Positions 46,502 to 55,170 of a stretch of DNA of 64,000 nucleotides are shown here, in pieces; within the stretch, counting starts at the first letter, position 1, and each line of letters opens with the position of its first letter. Origin of the DNA: a virus (taxonomy: Duplodnaviria > Caudoviricetes); the IMG/VR virus record IMGVR_UViG_3300042383_000120, positions 1,598 to 65,597 of that record, one strand, 5' to 3'. A program made the position numbers and the translations under genes. The notes under the pieces are model-generated. The model saw only the letters and a program-made list of their open reading frames with translations. It had not been told where the DNA came from and ran no database searches.

Positions 46502-48969
46502 TCACCCCCACCGCCGCTACGTACTTGCCGCTCTTGGAGCACCCGTGCTGCCTCGACAGCGAGGCGCGTGCCATCCAGCTGAGCCTTGATGTTCTCGCGT
46601 GCGGAGTCCGTAGCGATCTTTGCCATGGTGTTTGCCGCGGCGCGGTCGTTCTCGCTCTCGACACGTTCTTGCTGGATGACGAGGTTCCCAGCCTGATTCG
46701 CGGCGCTGACCTGCAGCTTCTTGTTGTCGATGTCGATCTTGTGGTCCAGCTCGCGCTCTTTGAGCTCGATCTCCTTCATCTGGATGATCGTCAACGGGTC
46801 CTGAGCCTGCTGCTGAGCCTGTGCGGCCTGCTGCTCTGCCATGTTCTTGTTGAAGAGTTTGCCAGCGGCCTGTGCCACAGCGCGCGACAGCTGGACCTCA
46901 ACATCCTCCGGCAGCGGCTCACCCTCGGGCGGCAGCGGTACGCCCAGAGTCATCTCGATCTCTTTGCGATACTGATAGGCGAGGTGCTCGGTGATGTGCG
47001 ACATGGCAGCGGCCTGAATAGCCCCTGCGAACGGCGACTGGCCAACCATCTGAGCGATTTTCGGGTCCTGCATCGCCGCCATGTGGGTAGCAATGTGCGC
47101 CTCGTGGTCTTGGTACAGGAACGCCTTGACCGGAGTCTGCTGCAGCAGCGCCATGTTCTCAGCGACCGGGTCCATCGGTTTGATGTCGTCCGGCAGCTTG
47201 ATGATGTCGCTCGCGTCTTGGATGCCCAGCACCTCGAGCATCTGCTGGTGCAGTTTGCCCATGTCGTAGAGCTGCGGAGCCTGCTGAGACAGCTGGAGAG
47301 CCGCCTGATACTGCATAATCCGCTGAGCCATGGTGGCAGCGTTAGGGTCGGAGACCGGGATCACGTCAACCCGACCGTCGAAGTCCTCGATCCGGTTGAA
47401 GTCGCCGTCCATGTCGTAGGCGTACTGCTCCGGCATGTAGTCGTGGATGATCCGTGCGAGGATGCGCAGCTCGTGCTTCATGGCTGCGTGCAGGCGGGCT
47501 TGGACGCCCGACATGACCTTGAGGCTGCGCTCGAGCAGGGCCAGCGTGGTGCCCACCGGCGCGTTTGCGCTCATGTCCCCCACTTGGATGTCTGCCACGG
47601 AGCCAATGCGACGGCCTTCCTCGACGACGTTGCCCAGCAGCGTGTACAGGACGCTCGACGGCTCCTTGTACGGCATCGGGAACAGGCTCTCACGGAGCGT
47701 ACCACCCGACACGTCAGCGTCACGCCATTCACCGGGCATAAGTGGGGTGTTGTCACCTTTGATACGCAGCGAGCGCGACTTTAGACCAGCGGGCAGGTTA
47801 GACAGCGTGCCCGCGTCGATCAGCTGGCGCAGGATTGACGTCGCAGACTTAGCCAGACCACCGATTAAGTGGATCAGACCCGTGCCGTAGAACCCCATCC
47901 CCGGCAGGTAGGGGTAGTGGGTGAAGTGCATCAGTTTGCGCTTCTTGGCGTCGTCTTCTTTCCAATTGCGTCGGATTGCAAGCACGATCCGAGACGTCTT
48001 GTCGATGGTGATGACGTAGGGCCGCGCTATGCCGTTGGAATCGGCGAAGGGCTCCGGCAGGTCGATGTCCACGTGCATCTCCAAGAGCGTGCGACGGGGG
48101 TCGTCCTCATAAGTCTGCTCCTCACCAGCCAGCTCGGCGTACTTCTCCTCGACGTCCGTCAGGTCTTTCTCGGCATCGGGCAGCTCGACGTCGCGGTAGA
48201 AGCCCACAACCTGCAACTCACGGACCTCGTTGTCCGTTTTCTTCATCACATGCGTGAAGCGTGGGCAGACGCGGAGGTTAGAGGCACCGTAAGACACCAC
48301 GAAGTCCTCGGCGGGGACGAAAATCGACGCCGGACGCTCCAAAATGGGGTCATAATAGGTCTTTTTGAAGGCAGAACCCGCCAACGGCAGCCGGAACAGC
48401 ATCAGCTCCAGCTCGTCGCGATACTCGGGCATCTCCTCAGTGATGAGGTAATTCATCTCGTTCTGGACGCGGTTGGCCTGATCTGCCTTCTCCGGCGTCA
48501 GTTTACCCATGATTTTTGTGCGGACAGGCCCGCTGGCGGGCATCAGCTCACTCATTGCCTGCGCTTGGAACCGCACCACGGCCTCGGTCAGCATCGGGTG
48601 GTACACCCCGGAGGCCCCAGCCCACGGCTGCGTGCGGTCCTCGATCTTCATACCCAGCAAATCAAGGCCGGTGATGTAGGCTGAGGCCCAGTCTTTGCGG
48701 CTCTCGCGGTCAGACATGAAGGAGCTAACCAGATCACTGGCGATGCTCTCGAGCTCCCCATCGTCAATGCTTTCGGCAAGGTTGGCATCGTGGGCCGTGG
48801 AATCGACCTCATCGGTGTCGTCCTCGCCATCACCGAAGTCGATTGTCACCTCGCCCGTGTCCGCGTCGATCTCGATTGACGGCTCTTCGTCAGTGGCGAC
48901 GGCCACCTCGATCTCCGGTTCTTCTCCCGGTCCGAGCTCGAACGGCGTCATCGGCTTCTCGATTGCCAT
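46498..48969 (-). CDS. Portal protein
   Basis: 823 aa after TerL; GLDLLG..E.R..PW.GA.GV.HP; LPLAGSAFKK; LIDAGTLSNLPAG; Gln-rich barrel-like C-terminus. Confidence 0.9.
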   Translation of the reverse strand: MAIEKPMTPFELGPGEEPEIEVAVATDEEPSIEIDADTGEVTIDFGDGEDDTDEVDSTAHDANLAESIDDGELESIASDLVSSFMSDRESRKDWASAYITGLDLLGMKIEDRTQPWAGASGVYHPMLTEAVVRFQAQAMSELMPASGPVRTKIMGKLTPEKADQANRVQNEMNYLITEEMPEYRDELELMLFRLPLAGSAFKKTYYDPILERPASIFVPAEDFVVSYGASNLRVCPRFTHVMKKTDNEVRELQVVGFYRDVELPDAEKDLTDVEEKYAELAGEEQTYEDDPRRTLLEMHVDIDLPEPFADSNGIARPYVITIDKTSRIVLAIRRNWKEDDAKKRKLMHFTHYPYLPGMGFYGTGLIHLIGGLAKSATSILRQLIDAGTLSNLPAGLKSRSLRIKGDNTPLMPGEWRDADVSGGTLRESLFPMPYKEPSSVLYTLLGNVVEEGRRIGSVADIQVGDMSANAPVGTTLALLERSLKVMSGVQARLHAAMKHELRILARIIHDYMPEQYAYDMDGDFNRIEDFDGRVDVIPVSDPNAATMAQRIMQYQAALQLSQQAPQLYDMGKLHQQMLEVLGIQDASDIIKLPDDIKPMDPVAENMALLQQTPVKAFLYQDHEAHIATHMAAMQDPKIAQMVGQSPFAGAIQAAAMSHITEHLAYQYRKEIEMTLGVPLPPEGEPLPEDVEVQLSRAVAQAAGKLFNKNMAEQQAAQAQQQAQDPLTIIQMKEIELKERELDHKIDIDNKKLQVSAANQAGNLVIQQERVESENDRAAANTMAKIATDSARENIKAQLDGTRLAVEAARVLQERQVRSGGGGE

Positions 48970-48996
48970 GGCATATCCCCTGTAGGTCTCGGAGAG

Positions 48997-49025
48997 ACCT
49001 TAGCACGAGGTGTTAAACCTAGCAA
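48997..49025 (-). promoter_or_regulatory. Putative sigma70-type promoter for portal
   Basis: Minus strand TTGCTA-17 bp-TAAGGT with extended -10 TG. Confidence 0.55.
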
Positions 49026-49148
49026 TGTGGAGTCGCGAGGGGCGCTTTGGTGAAAATGAGCCGTAGCGCAGTCTGATTCTCGACCAACACAAAGCCGCGT
49101 GCTGCGCCCCTCGAGGTCTTTTTATCCGGCTCTGCTGGGACCCACAAT

Positions 49149-49185
49149 AAGAAAATGGCCCGGCGGGGAGAAACGCCGGGCCATT
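49149..49185 (-). terminator. Rho-independent terminator downstream of terL
   Basis: AATGGCCCGGCG-TTTCTCCC-CGCCGGGCCATT followed by TTCTT. Confidence 0.7.
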
Positions 49186-49255
49186 CAGAGCAATCAACCC
49201 AACATAGGAGCACCGCGTGTGGAGGGCACGCGATGAGAGTGTTGTAGCACGACTT

Positions 49256-50809
49256 TTAGTAATAGTCTACTTTTCTCCTATACGGCAGCTCCTCGTCCTG
49301 CTCGTCGGTCGGCAGACGGATAAACCCACCCTGTCGGAACCGCATCAGCGCCATGATCGTGGTGTCCACTTGGTCGTCGTTAGACGCGAACGGGAACCCG
49401 GCAACTTCCTCGACCAGCTCCTCCGCCCACCGTTTCGGCGGCACCCAGACGAGCCCTGACGAGATGATGTCCGACACCGAGTTCAGACGCGCCATCTTGC
49501 TGTTGGGGTTGTTCACCGAGCCCCTGACGGGTGTGTACTCCTGCACCATGAGCCCTGCGCGCCGCATCTCCTGATAGAGTGGCGTCCCCGAGCTCTTTTT
49601 CTCGACGATGAACGCATCAGGCTCCCACTGCTGATACTCCTCCATGGACAGCTGCTTGAGCTCTGGGAACTCCATGCGCCGCTTGATGGCGTTGAGCAGG
49701 ATGATCTGGTGCATGTTCTCCTCTTCATTGAAGAACACTCCCCACGTCGTCAGCGACGTGAAGTCAGCCCGGTTGTGGGCTTCTGCAGCGGCGTCGAGAG
49801 ACATAATGACGTACTCTACGCTCGGTGGGTCGTCGTCCGGCCACAGCCTCCACCAGTCCCGCTTGATGATCGCAGCCTCTTCGCCCGTCGGATTCTGCTG
49901 ATACTGTGCGTTCCACTGGAACACCGGCATGGACGCCTTTGTCCGCAGCAGCGCCTGCAGGTCGAAAAACTCAGGCCACAGGGCTTTTTGCACGAACTCG
50001 CCCGTTTCCGCGTCCTCGACCTCGAGAATCGCCGGAAACTCCACCACCTCGTACTGGTCGGAGTCCTCGTTGTTGGTCATATCGCGTATCAGACGCCCCG
50101 TGAGGTCATCTTGGTGCCATCTGGTGTGCACGATAGCCACTCTACCGCCCGGCATCAGACGCGTTCTGGCACCGAAGGCGAACCACTCGTAGGCTTTGTC
50201 AAATGCCGTGAAGTTCCCGTTCAAGATGTCCTGTTCGGAGTGCGGATCGTCAACCAACAGCAGGTCAGCACCGCGGCCCGCGAGGGCCGAGCCGACGCCC
50301 GTAGCGTAAAACTCGCAGGATGTGGTCGTATTCCAGCGCCCAGCCGACTTTGAGTCCGGTGAGAGCCCCGTACCGGGGAAAACATCCCGATATGGCTCCG
50401 AGTCGATGTGATTTCGCACCTTCCGACCGAAATCGACGGCCAAATCGGTGGTGTGGGACACCAGCATGACCTTTTTCCCGGGGTTTCTGCCGATAAACCA
50501 TGCCGGATAGTATGTAGACACGAGCTGAGACTTGCCGTGGCGAGGTGGGATGTTGACGCAGACCCGGTCTTCCTCGCCCGCTTCAATCGCCATGAGCTTA
50601 TCTGCAAGGATGCGGTGGTGTCGGCCCACCTTATAGTTAGGGTCCATGTATAGGCAGAAGGCAATCAGGTCGTCTCTGGCAGCCTGCAGCGTGGCCCGCT
50701 TGTCCAGCTCCTCGATCATCTTCTCGATCTCGAGCAGCTCGAGCTCGTCGAGCATATCCACGCTCTTTAGGAGCGTCTCGAGCTCTGCACGATTGAAGTC
50801 GGTGCTCAC
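49256..50809 (-). CDS. terL: Terminase large subunit
   Basis: Walker A PPRHGKS, Walker B LLLVDDP, TRWH.DDL, YQQ.P, RNase H-like SLD.A and FP...DDQVD. Confidence 0.95.
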   Translation of the reverse strand: MSTDFNRAELETLLKSVDMLDELELLEIEKMIEELDKRATLQAARDDLIAFCLYMDPNYKVGRHHRILADKLMAIEAGEEDRVCVNIPPRHGKSQLVSTYYPAWFIGRNPGKKVMLVSHTTDLAVDFGRKVRNHIDSEPYRDVFPGTGLSPDSKSAGRWNTTTSCEFYATGVGSALAGRGADLLLVDDPHSEQDILNGNFTAFDKAYEWFAFGARTRLMPGGRVAIVHTRWHQDDLTGRLIRDMTNNEDSDQYEVVEFPAILEVEDAETGEFVQKALWPEFFDLQALLRTKASMPVFQWNAQYQQNPTGEEAAIIKRDWWRLWPDDDPPSVEYVIMSLDAAAEAHNRADFTSLTTWGVFFNEEENMHQIILLNAIKRRMEFPELKQLSMEEYQQWEPDAFIVEKKSSGTPLYQEMRRAGLMVQEYTPVRGSVNNPNSKMARLNSVSDIISSGLVWVPPKRWAEELVEEVAGFPFASNDDQVDTTIMALMRFRQGGFIRLPTDEQDEELPYRRKVDYY

Positions 50810-51366
50810 TCTTCACCTCCGTCTTCGACGACGTCGGCATCCTCGACGTCGTCTGGCGTCACGTCCACCATCTTCTGCAGCTTTCTCCGCAGCCGATCCC
50901 GCAGATCGTCGCTCGTCTGGTGCGTGATCGTGATCTCCTGCTTCTCGGTGAACAGCCCGACGTCGGAAACTTTGCCCAAGAGCTCCAACGCCTTCACCCG
51001 GATGCGTGCATCGGGGTTCTCTGTCTCCACGATGAGCTTGTTGACCACCATATGACGCACCTGAGACGCCTCTTCGACGATCTTGTGGCCATAATCGTTC
51101 AGAATCTTCTCCGTGAGCAGGAGAGCGGCAGGTGTTTTCTTAGTTATGGCCTTGACCGCGGAGCGCGTTTGCAGTGCAGCGGGCATCCGTGCAGCCTGCC
51201 GGGCCGTGGCAGCGGCATCATCTAGGGCCTCGTCGTTGAAAACGATCTCTAGCCCCGCAGCCTCGAGGAGCCGGGCCGTACCTGCAGCGGCGGATAGGGT
51301 TGGCATGTACCCATCGGGGGTATCCCCCTCAGAGAGGGGCAGATCAGAGTCGATTTTTAGTTCCAT
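50806..51366 (-). CDS. terS: Putative terminase small subunit
   Basis: Overlaps the terL start; RVKALELLGK..DVGLFTEK motif; first gene of the late operon. Confidence 0.7.
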   Translation of the reverse strand: MELKIDSDLPLSEGDTPDGYMPTLSAAAGTARLLEAAGLEIVFNDEALDDAAATARQAARMPAALQTRSAVKAITKKTPAALLLTEKILNDYGHKIVEEASQVRHMVVNKLIVETENPDARIRVKALELLGKVSDVGLFTEKQEITITHQTSDDLRDRLRRKLQKMVDVTPDDVEDADVVEDGGEE

Positions 51367-51681
51367 GGGTGCACCCTTTAGGGAGATTTTGTGCAGCTTA
51401 GCACTGCTTGGCGCTACGCGCTATATAGTAGGCCTTTTTGCACGGGGGAGTCCCAAAACCAAGAAGGGGGGCTCGTCTTTATGGAGTTGTGAGTCCACGC
51501 CGAAAACGATGGGGGAGGGGGTATTAAATAATGTGTTTTGATGTGATCCGCTACACTTTACTATATTGTACTGAAATAGCGCTGTATTTGGCTGACTTAA
51601 TATCTATATACAGCATATGCGCCGCCGCCCGATCAAGGGGGGTGCCCCCCGGTGGGGGTCGGGATATGGCCAGTTTTCGCC

Positions 51682-51699
51682 GTTAGTTGGCGGACTAAC
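51682..51699. promoter_or_regulatory. Palindromic operator-like motif
   Basis: GTTAGTTGGCGGACTAAC in the divergent intergenic region. Confidence 0.65.
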
Positions 51700-51800
51700 G
51701 CTATAAAGCGCTGCTATCGGCGCTCAAACGCTACACTTGCCTATCAAGTCATGCCATAAAGATCTCACCGGACGGCAATGGTGCCGACGGCATAACATGA

Positions 51801-52406
51801 ATGGAATACACTATGACCAACGTATCTTCTTGGACTGCACTTCTGAACCTCGCTCGTTCGGACTATGACACCACCGCCAAGGCGGAAAAGACCCGTGTCG
51901 CTTTCATTGACGGGCTGATCGCTGCGGGCTTCACCTCGGCAAATACTGTCCCCGTCAAGAAAGGATCGAACATTGACCCAATGTTCCGCAGCTCGCTGCT
52001 GCTGATCTGCGCAGGTGCGATCAAGATCAAGGGCAAGCGCCTCTCGGATGCGGACCTTAAGAAGGTCGCCAGCGAGGAAGTGTCGAACAAGGTTCTTCTG
52101 GCGGGCACGCCAAAGGGCACGATGAACGGCACTGTGACTTGGCTCGGCAATGCTTCTTCCTACCTCGGCAAGGTCCGCAAAGACCTTGAAGCGCGGGAAG
52201 GTGAAGCGCAGGACGTGGCGGGAACGCCTCGCCCGCCGTCAACGGATGCAGAAATCATCCTTGGCTATCTGCAGAAGGCTTACACCAAAACCTTCAAGGA
52301 TGATGTGAACCTGAAATGCGACCTCGCCGCGCTGCAGAAAGAAATGCGGGAAGTCGCCAAGGTTCTCGGCTCGGACCTCAAAGCGCCACAGGCGAAGAAG
52401 AAGTAA
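51801..52406 (+). CDS. Hypothetical early protein (isolated transcription unit)
   Basis: 201-aa ORF (alternative start 51813) followed by a strong terminator. Confidence 0.75.
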   Translation: MEYTMTNVSSWTALLNLARSDYDTTAKAEKTRVAFIDGLIAAGFTSANTVPVKKGSNIDPMFRSSLLLICAGAIKIKGKRLSDADLKKVASEEVSNKVLLAGTPKGTMNGTVTWLGNASSYLGKVRKDLEAREGEAQDVAGTPRPPSTDAEIILGYLQKAYTKTFKDDVNLKCDLAALQKEMREVAKVLGSDLKAPQAKKK

Positions 52407-52413
52407 GACGACT

Positions 52414-52441
52414 GGGCGGTGCGAAAGCACCGCCCTTTTTT
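52414..52441 (+). terminator. Rho-independent terminator
   Basis: GGGCGGTGC-GAAA-GCACCGCCC followed by T6. Confidence 0.9.
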
Positions 52442-52467
52442 GTGCCTGCGTTTTGGCGCAGGCCACT

Positions 52468-52602
52468 GAGACCAGTTCTCAGGGCCGCATCGAGCGACAT
52501 CGAGCACCGACGCTTTCGGCCATGCGCGCAAGACCACCCGACCAGATCGCCCGTTAGTCCGCCCGACTAACCCCGAGACCAGTTCTCAGGGCCGCATCGA
52601 GC
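52468..52602. repeat. Perfect 28-bp direct repeat pair GAGACCAGTTCTCAGGGCCGCATCGAGC
   Basis: Copies at 52468-52495 and 52575-52602. Confidence 0.9.
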
Positions 52603-52728
52603 AAATCGTTAGTCCGACGACTAACACACGCGTAGCGTGAAACCCAAATCACATGTTCAATCACTAGGTTGTAAATTACAGATTTGACCCCTTTGGTCAA
52701 ATTTTTGGGCGTTAGTCGGCGGACTAAC
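52553..52728. promoter_or_regulatory. Cluster of three GTTAG-N8/9-CTAAC palindromes
   Basis: 52553-52571 (N9), 52608-52625, 52711-52728. Confidence 0.7.
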
Positions 52729-52730
52729 TG

Positions 52731-53057
52731 TAATGTACTAGTAAATGATGTAATGTTACTAATGTTACGAGTGCTAAGTCATTGATATTACGCAATGTTC
52801 CGTTTTTTTTGTAATGTTCCGTTTTAGTGGTCCGTAAGTCATTGATTTTACATAATGTTCCTAATGTTCCGCGTAAAACAGAGATACCCGGGGGTCGCGT
52901 GCGGGGGCCGAGCATCTGCATGAAACCCCAGCGCCAACTCCACGGTCTCGCATCACTGATTCCGGCACAACATTAGTAACATTTAGAACATTGCAGTCTT
53001 TTCAAGGGCTTATATATATACTTATTAGTAACATTATATATAACAATAGGACATTAC
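52731..53057. repeat. AT-rich iteron-like array (TAATGTTMC) with IHF-like sites; candidate replication origin or packaging site
   Basis: About 7 direct copies at 52731-52870, about 5 inverted copies at 52969-53057; TAAGTCATTGATW at 52775 and 52835. Confidence 0.65.
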
Positions 53058-53116
53058 ACCAGATGGTAGCCGTTACTACAAAAGTGAACCAAATATCATT
53101 ATTTTGCCCCATTTGC

Positions 53117-53144
53117 TTGACTTAAACACCCAATGTGATATTCT
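53117..53144 (+). promoter_or_regulatory. Putative early sigma70-type promoter
   Basis: TTGACT-16 bp-TATTCT with extended -10 TG, upstream of the early gene string. Confidence 0.6.
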
Positions 53145-53217
53145 GTAAGCAGTTAAAAAATTTCGGGCGGTCTGAACAGAAAGTGCCGCTAGTCCGCCGA
53201 CTATCAGGGAGACGACC

Positions 53218-53472
53218 ATGACCAAGGACCAAATGCGCGCGTTGCTCGCGACCCTCGTGCCTGCTGCCGCGGCGCGTGGTGACATCTATCATTTTCCCCG
53301 CGTAGGGTCGGGCAACGCGCCCGGCAATATGCAGTCCATCAGTGGCGTTAGTCTAGCGACTAGCGAGCAAGTGCAGTCCCGCGCTCCGCGCCCACGCCGC
53401 ATCTACCCCCGCCAAGGCGTCTATGGCGCAGGGTTCGAGGTAGAGACCTACAAGACCTTCCAGCAAACCTGA
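53218..53472 (+). CDS. Hypothetical early protein
   Basis: GGGAG RBS; palindromes flank it and one is embedded. Confidence 0.55.
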   Translation: MTKDQMRALLATLVPAAAARGDIYHFPRVGSGNAPGNMQSISGVSLATSEQVQSRAPRPRRIYPRQGVYGAGFEVETYKTFQQT

Positions 53473-53516
53473 CAACCCCGCTAGTCCAGCGACTAACCTA
53501 TAAAGGATCAAATCAA

Positions 53517-53792
53517 ATGCCTGCTTTCGAGACCATCACACTTTCCCTTCCCGCCCACTGGATCGTGCCCGTGCTTTATGGCGACCTGTCGCCCCTCGAC
53601 GAGGCTGAGGCCGTTGCCTTTGACCGCTGGCTGCAAGACACCATCGAGGATGTAGGACATGGGAAAACCCCACTCATAGGCCGCATCGAAGATGCCCCCT
53701 ACTTCGCCCGTTATCACGACGCTGCCGAATACGGCGTGCTGGCGTGTGACTGCTACGACATCGAATTTTTGGTGGAGAAAGTTTATGCGTGA
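53517..53792 (+). CDS. Hypothetical early protein (acidic)
   Basis: AAGGA RBS; LP.HW...L.YGD.S.L pattern of small phage proteins. Confidence 0.7.
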   Translation: MPAFETITLSLPAHWIVPVLYGDLSPLDEAEAVAFDRWLQDTIEDVGHGKTPLIGRIEDAPYFARYHDAAEYGVLACDCYDIEFLVEKVYA

Positions 53793-54015
53793 GATGACTA
53801 AGACACCGAAAAGGGCGTTGACCGTTCGCAGGAACGAGCGGGCGCTGATTAAGCTGCGCCGTGCGGTGGCCCTACTGGAGCCGAGGCTGTCAGTGGAGGC
53901 GGTGTGCTCTATGCACGAGGGTCAACTGGCGAACGTGATTATGCACTACGCCCTGCACGTCGATGCGGCGCGCGGGAAAGACAAGAGCATCGGGGAGAAA
54001 CAAAATGACTGTTAG
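53785..54015 (+). CDS. Hypothetical early protein
   Basis: GGAG RBS; overlaps neighbours. Confidence 0.55.
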   Translation: MREMTKTPKRALTVRRNERALIKLRRAVALLEPRLSVEAVCSMHEGQLANVIMHYALHVDAARGKDKSIGEKQNDC

Positions 54016-54319
54016 TCCGTCGCCTAACGCCGACCTGAGCAAGATGCTCACCGTCTCCATCGGCCACATATGCACATCGACGGCTCAGACGTTGAACGAC
54101 GAGGCGCTCGGGACCACCAGCAACATGATGCTGAGCATCGCTGGATGGGGAGGCTACGGCTGGTTCATGTGGGTGCCTAACGACCCCGAGGAAACCGAGG
54201 GTCTGCCCGCAGACCTGTATCACATCTTTGTCTACGCTCGGAAGGTCGGTGCCGAATACTTGCTGATCGACATTGACGCCGACGTTAACCCTGACCTGCC
54301 CGTCTACCCGGAGGAATGA
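54005..54319 (+). CDS. Hypothetical early protein
   Basis: GGAG RBS; S..HI, YGWF..V, P.DL...AR..G..YL..D.D pattern. Confidence 0.7.
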   Translation: MTVSPSPNADLSKMLTVSIGHICTSTAQTLNDEALGTTSNMMLSIAGWGGYGWFMWVPNDPEETEGLPADLYHIFVYARKVGAEYLLIDIDADVNPDLPVYPEE

Positions 54320-54320
54320 A

Positions 54321-54413
54321 ATGAAAGACTGGATCGAGGACGCGCTCGGCGCGGTGTGCCTGTTCGCCATCGGCTACGGCCTGATGCTACTCGTCTGCGG
54401 CATCGGAGGCTGA
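54321..54413 (+). CDS. 30-aa single-TM peptide (not in ORF track)
   Basis: GGAGG RBS; MKDWIEDALGAVCLFAIGYGLMLLVCGIGG. Confidence 0.55.
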   Translation: MKDWIEDALGAVCLFAIGYGLMLLVCGIGG

Positions 54414-54414
54414 C

Positions 54415-54657
54415 ATGCGCTTCATCGTTCACGGCCTATTCGGCAACGTGCCTGTCGGCGGTATCTTTCAGCTACAGCGCACACTCAGAACTTCGTGGGG
54501 TGGGCCCAACACCAGCCCGCCTATCACATGGCTCAAGGTCAGCACACGCACGGCCCGGGTCAACGGCAACGGTGCAGTATTCTACTTCGGCAAGGCGGAC
54601 AACGTCTGGCTGGAGGAAGGTGTTAGGCTGACGACTAACAAGGAGGAAATGAAATGA
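54415..54657 (+). CDS. Hypothetical early protein
   Basis: GGAGG RBS; operon-contiguous. Confidence 0.6.
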   Translation: MRFIVHGLFGNVPVGGIFQLQRTLRTSWGGPNTSPPITWLKVSTRTARVNGNGAVFYFGKADNVWLEEGVRLTTNKEEMK

Positions 54658-54899
54658 GCACTTGGGACTTTCGCTTCGTGAACATGCCGTCCGGCAACGG
54701 CGGCGAGGATTGGTTTGAACTGCGGGAGGTATACTACAACGAGGACAACAGTCTCTTCGGTCACGCCAGCCCCTGCCTTGGCAGCGAGACGCCCGAGGGC
54801 GTGGCACAACTGGCTAAGTGGTGGCAGCAGGCTGCCGATAATCCCCCACTGCATGAAGATGATTTCCCCGATGACTTCGAACCCTACGCACACGTGTAG
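54654..54899 (+). CDS. Hypothetical early protein
   Basis: AGGAGG RBS; W.FR..ELREVYY pattern. Confidence 0.7.
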   Translation: MSTWDFRFVNMPSGNGGEDWFELREVYYNEDNSLFGHASPCLGSETPEGVAQLAKWWQQAADNPPLHEDDFPDDFEPYAHV

Positions 54900-54911
54900 C
54901 AAGGAGGAGAG

Positions 54912-55136
54912 ATGAAAGGCCCAACAAACAACGCCGAATGCGTCGACTGCGGGGCAAGCTACCCGCTACGCCGCGCCGCTCTGGGCTACAAGACCTGTCT
55001 CACCTGCGGCGACAAGGCGGCAAGAGAAGCGCGCACCTCATGGTGCGTGGCACCAATAGCCCACAAGCAGGGGGCTACACTGATTACCAACAAGGCCAAC
55101 CTACTCGGCCTGAACAAGACAACCCCGTTAGTCTGA
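54912..55136 (+). CDS. DksA/TraR-type C4 zinc-finger protein
   Basis: CVDCG..YP.RR.ALG..TCLTC; AGGAGG RBS. Confidence 0.65.
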   Translation: MKGPTNNAECVDCGASYPLRRAALGYKTCLTCGDKAAREARTSWCVAPIAHKQGATLITNKANLLGLNKTTPLV

Positions 55137-55170
55137 CGACTAACACCAACCAGAACCAAGGAGTAATAAC

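Noticed and set aside
49036-49116. SAH riboswitch (CGAGGGGCGC resemblance)
   Set aside because: P1 pairing and the conserved CAGGCUCGG segment are missing; resemblance is superficial
52468-52602. Mini CRISPR array
   Set aside because: Only two repeats with a 79-bp spacer, longer than typical spacers; no cas operon, and the Cas4-like gene is a common stand-alone phage nuclease 50 kb away
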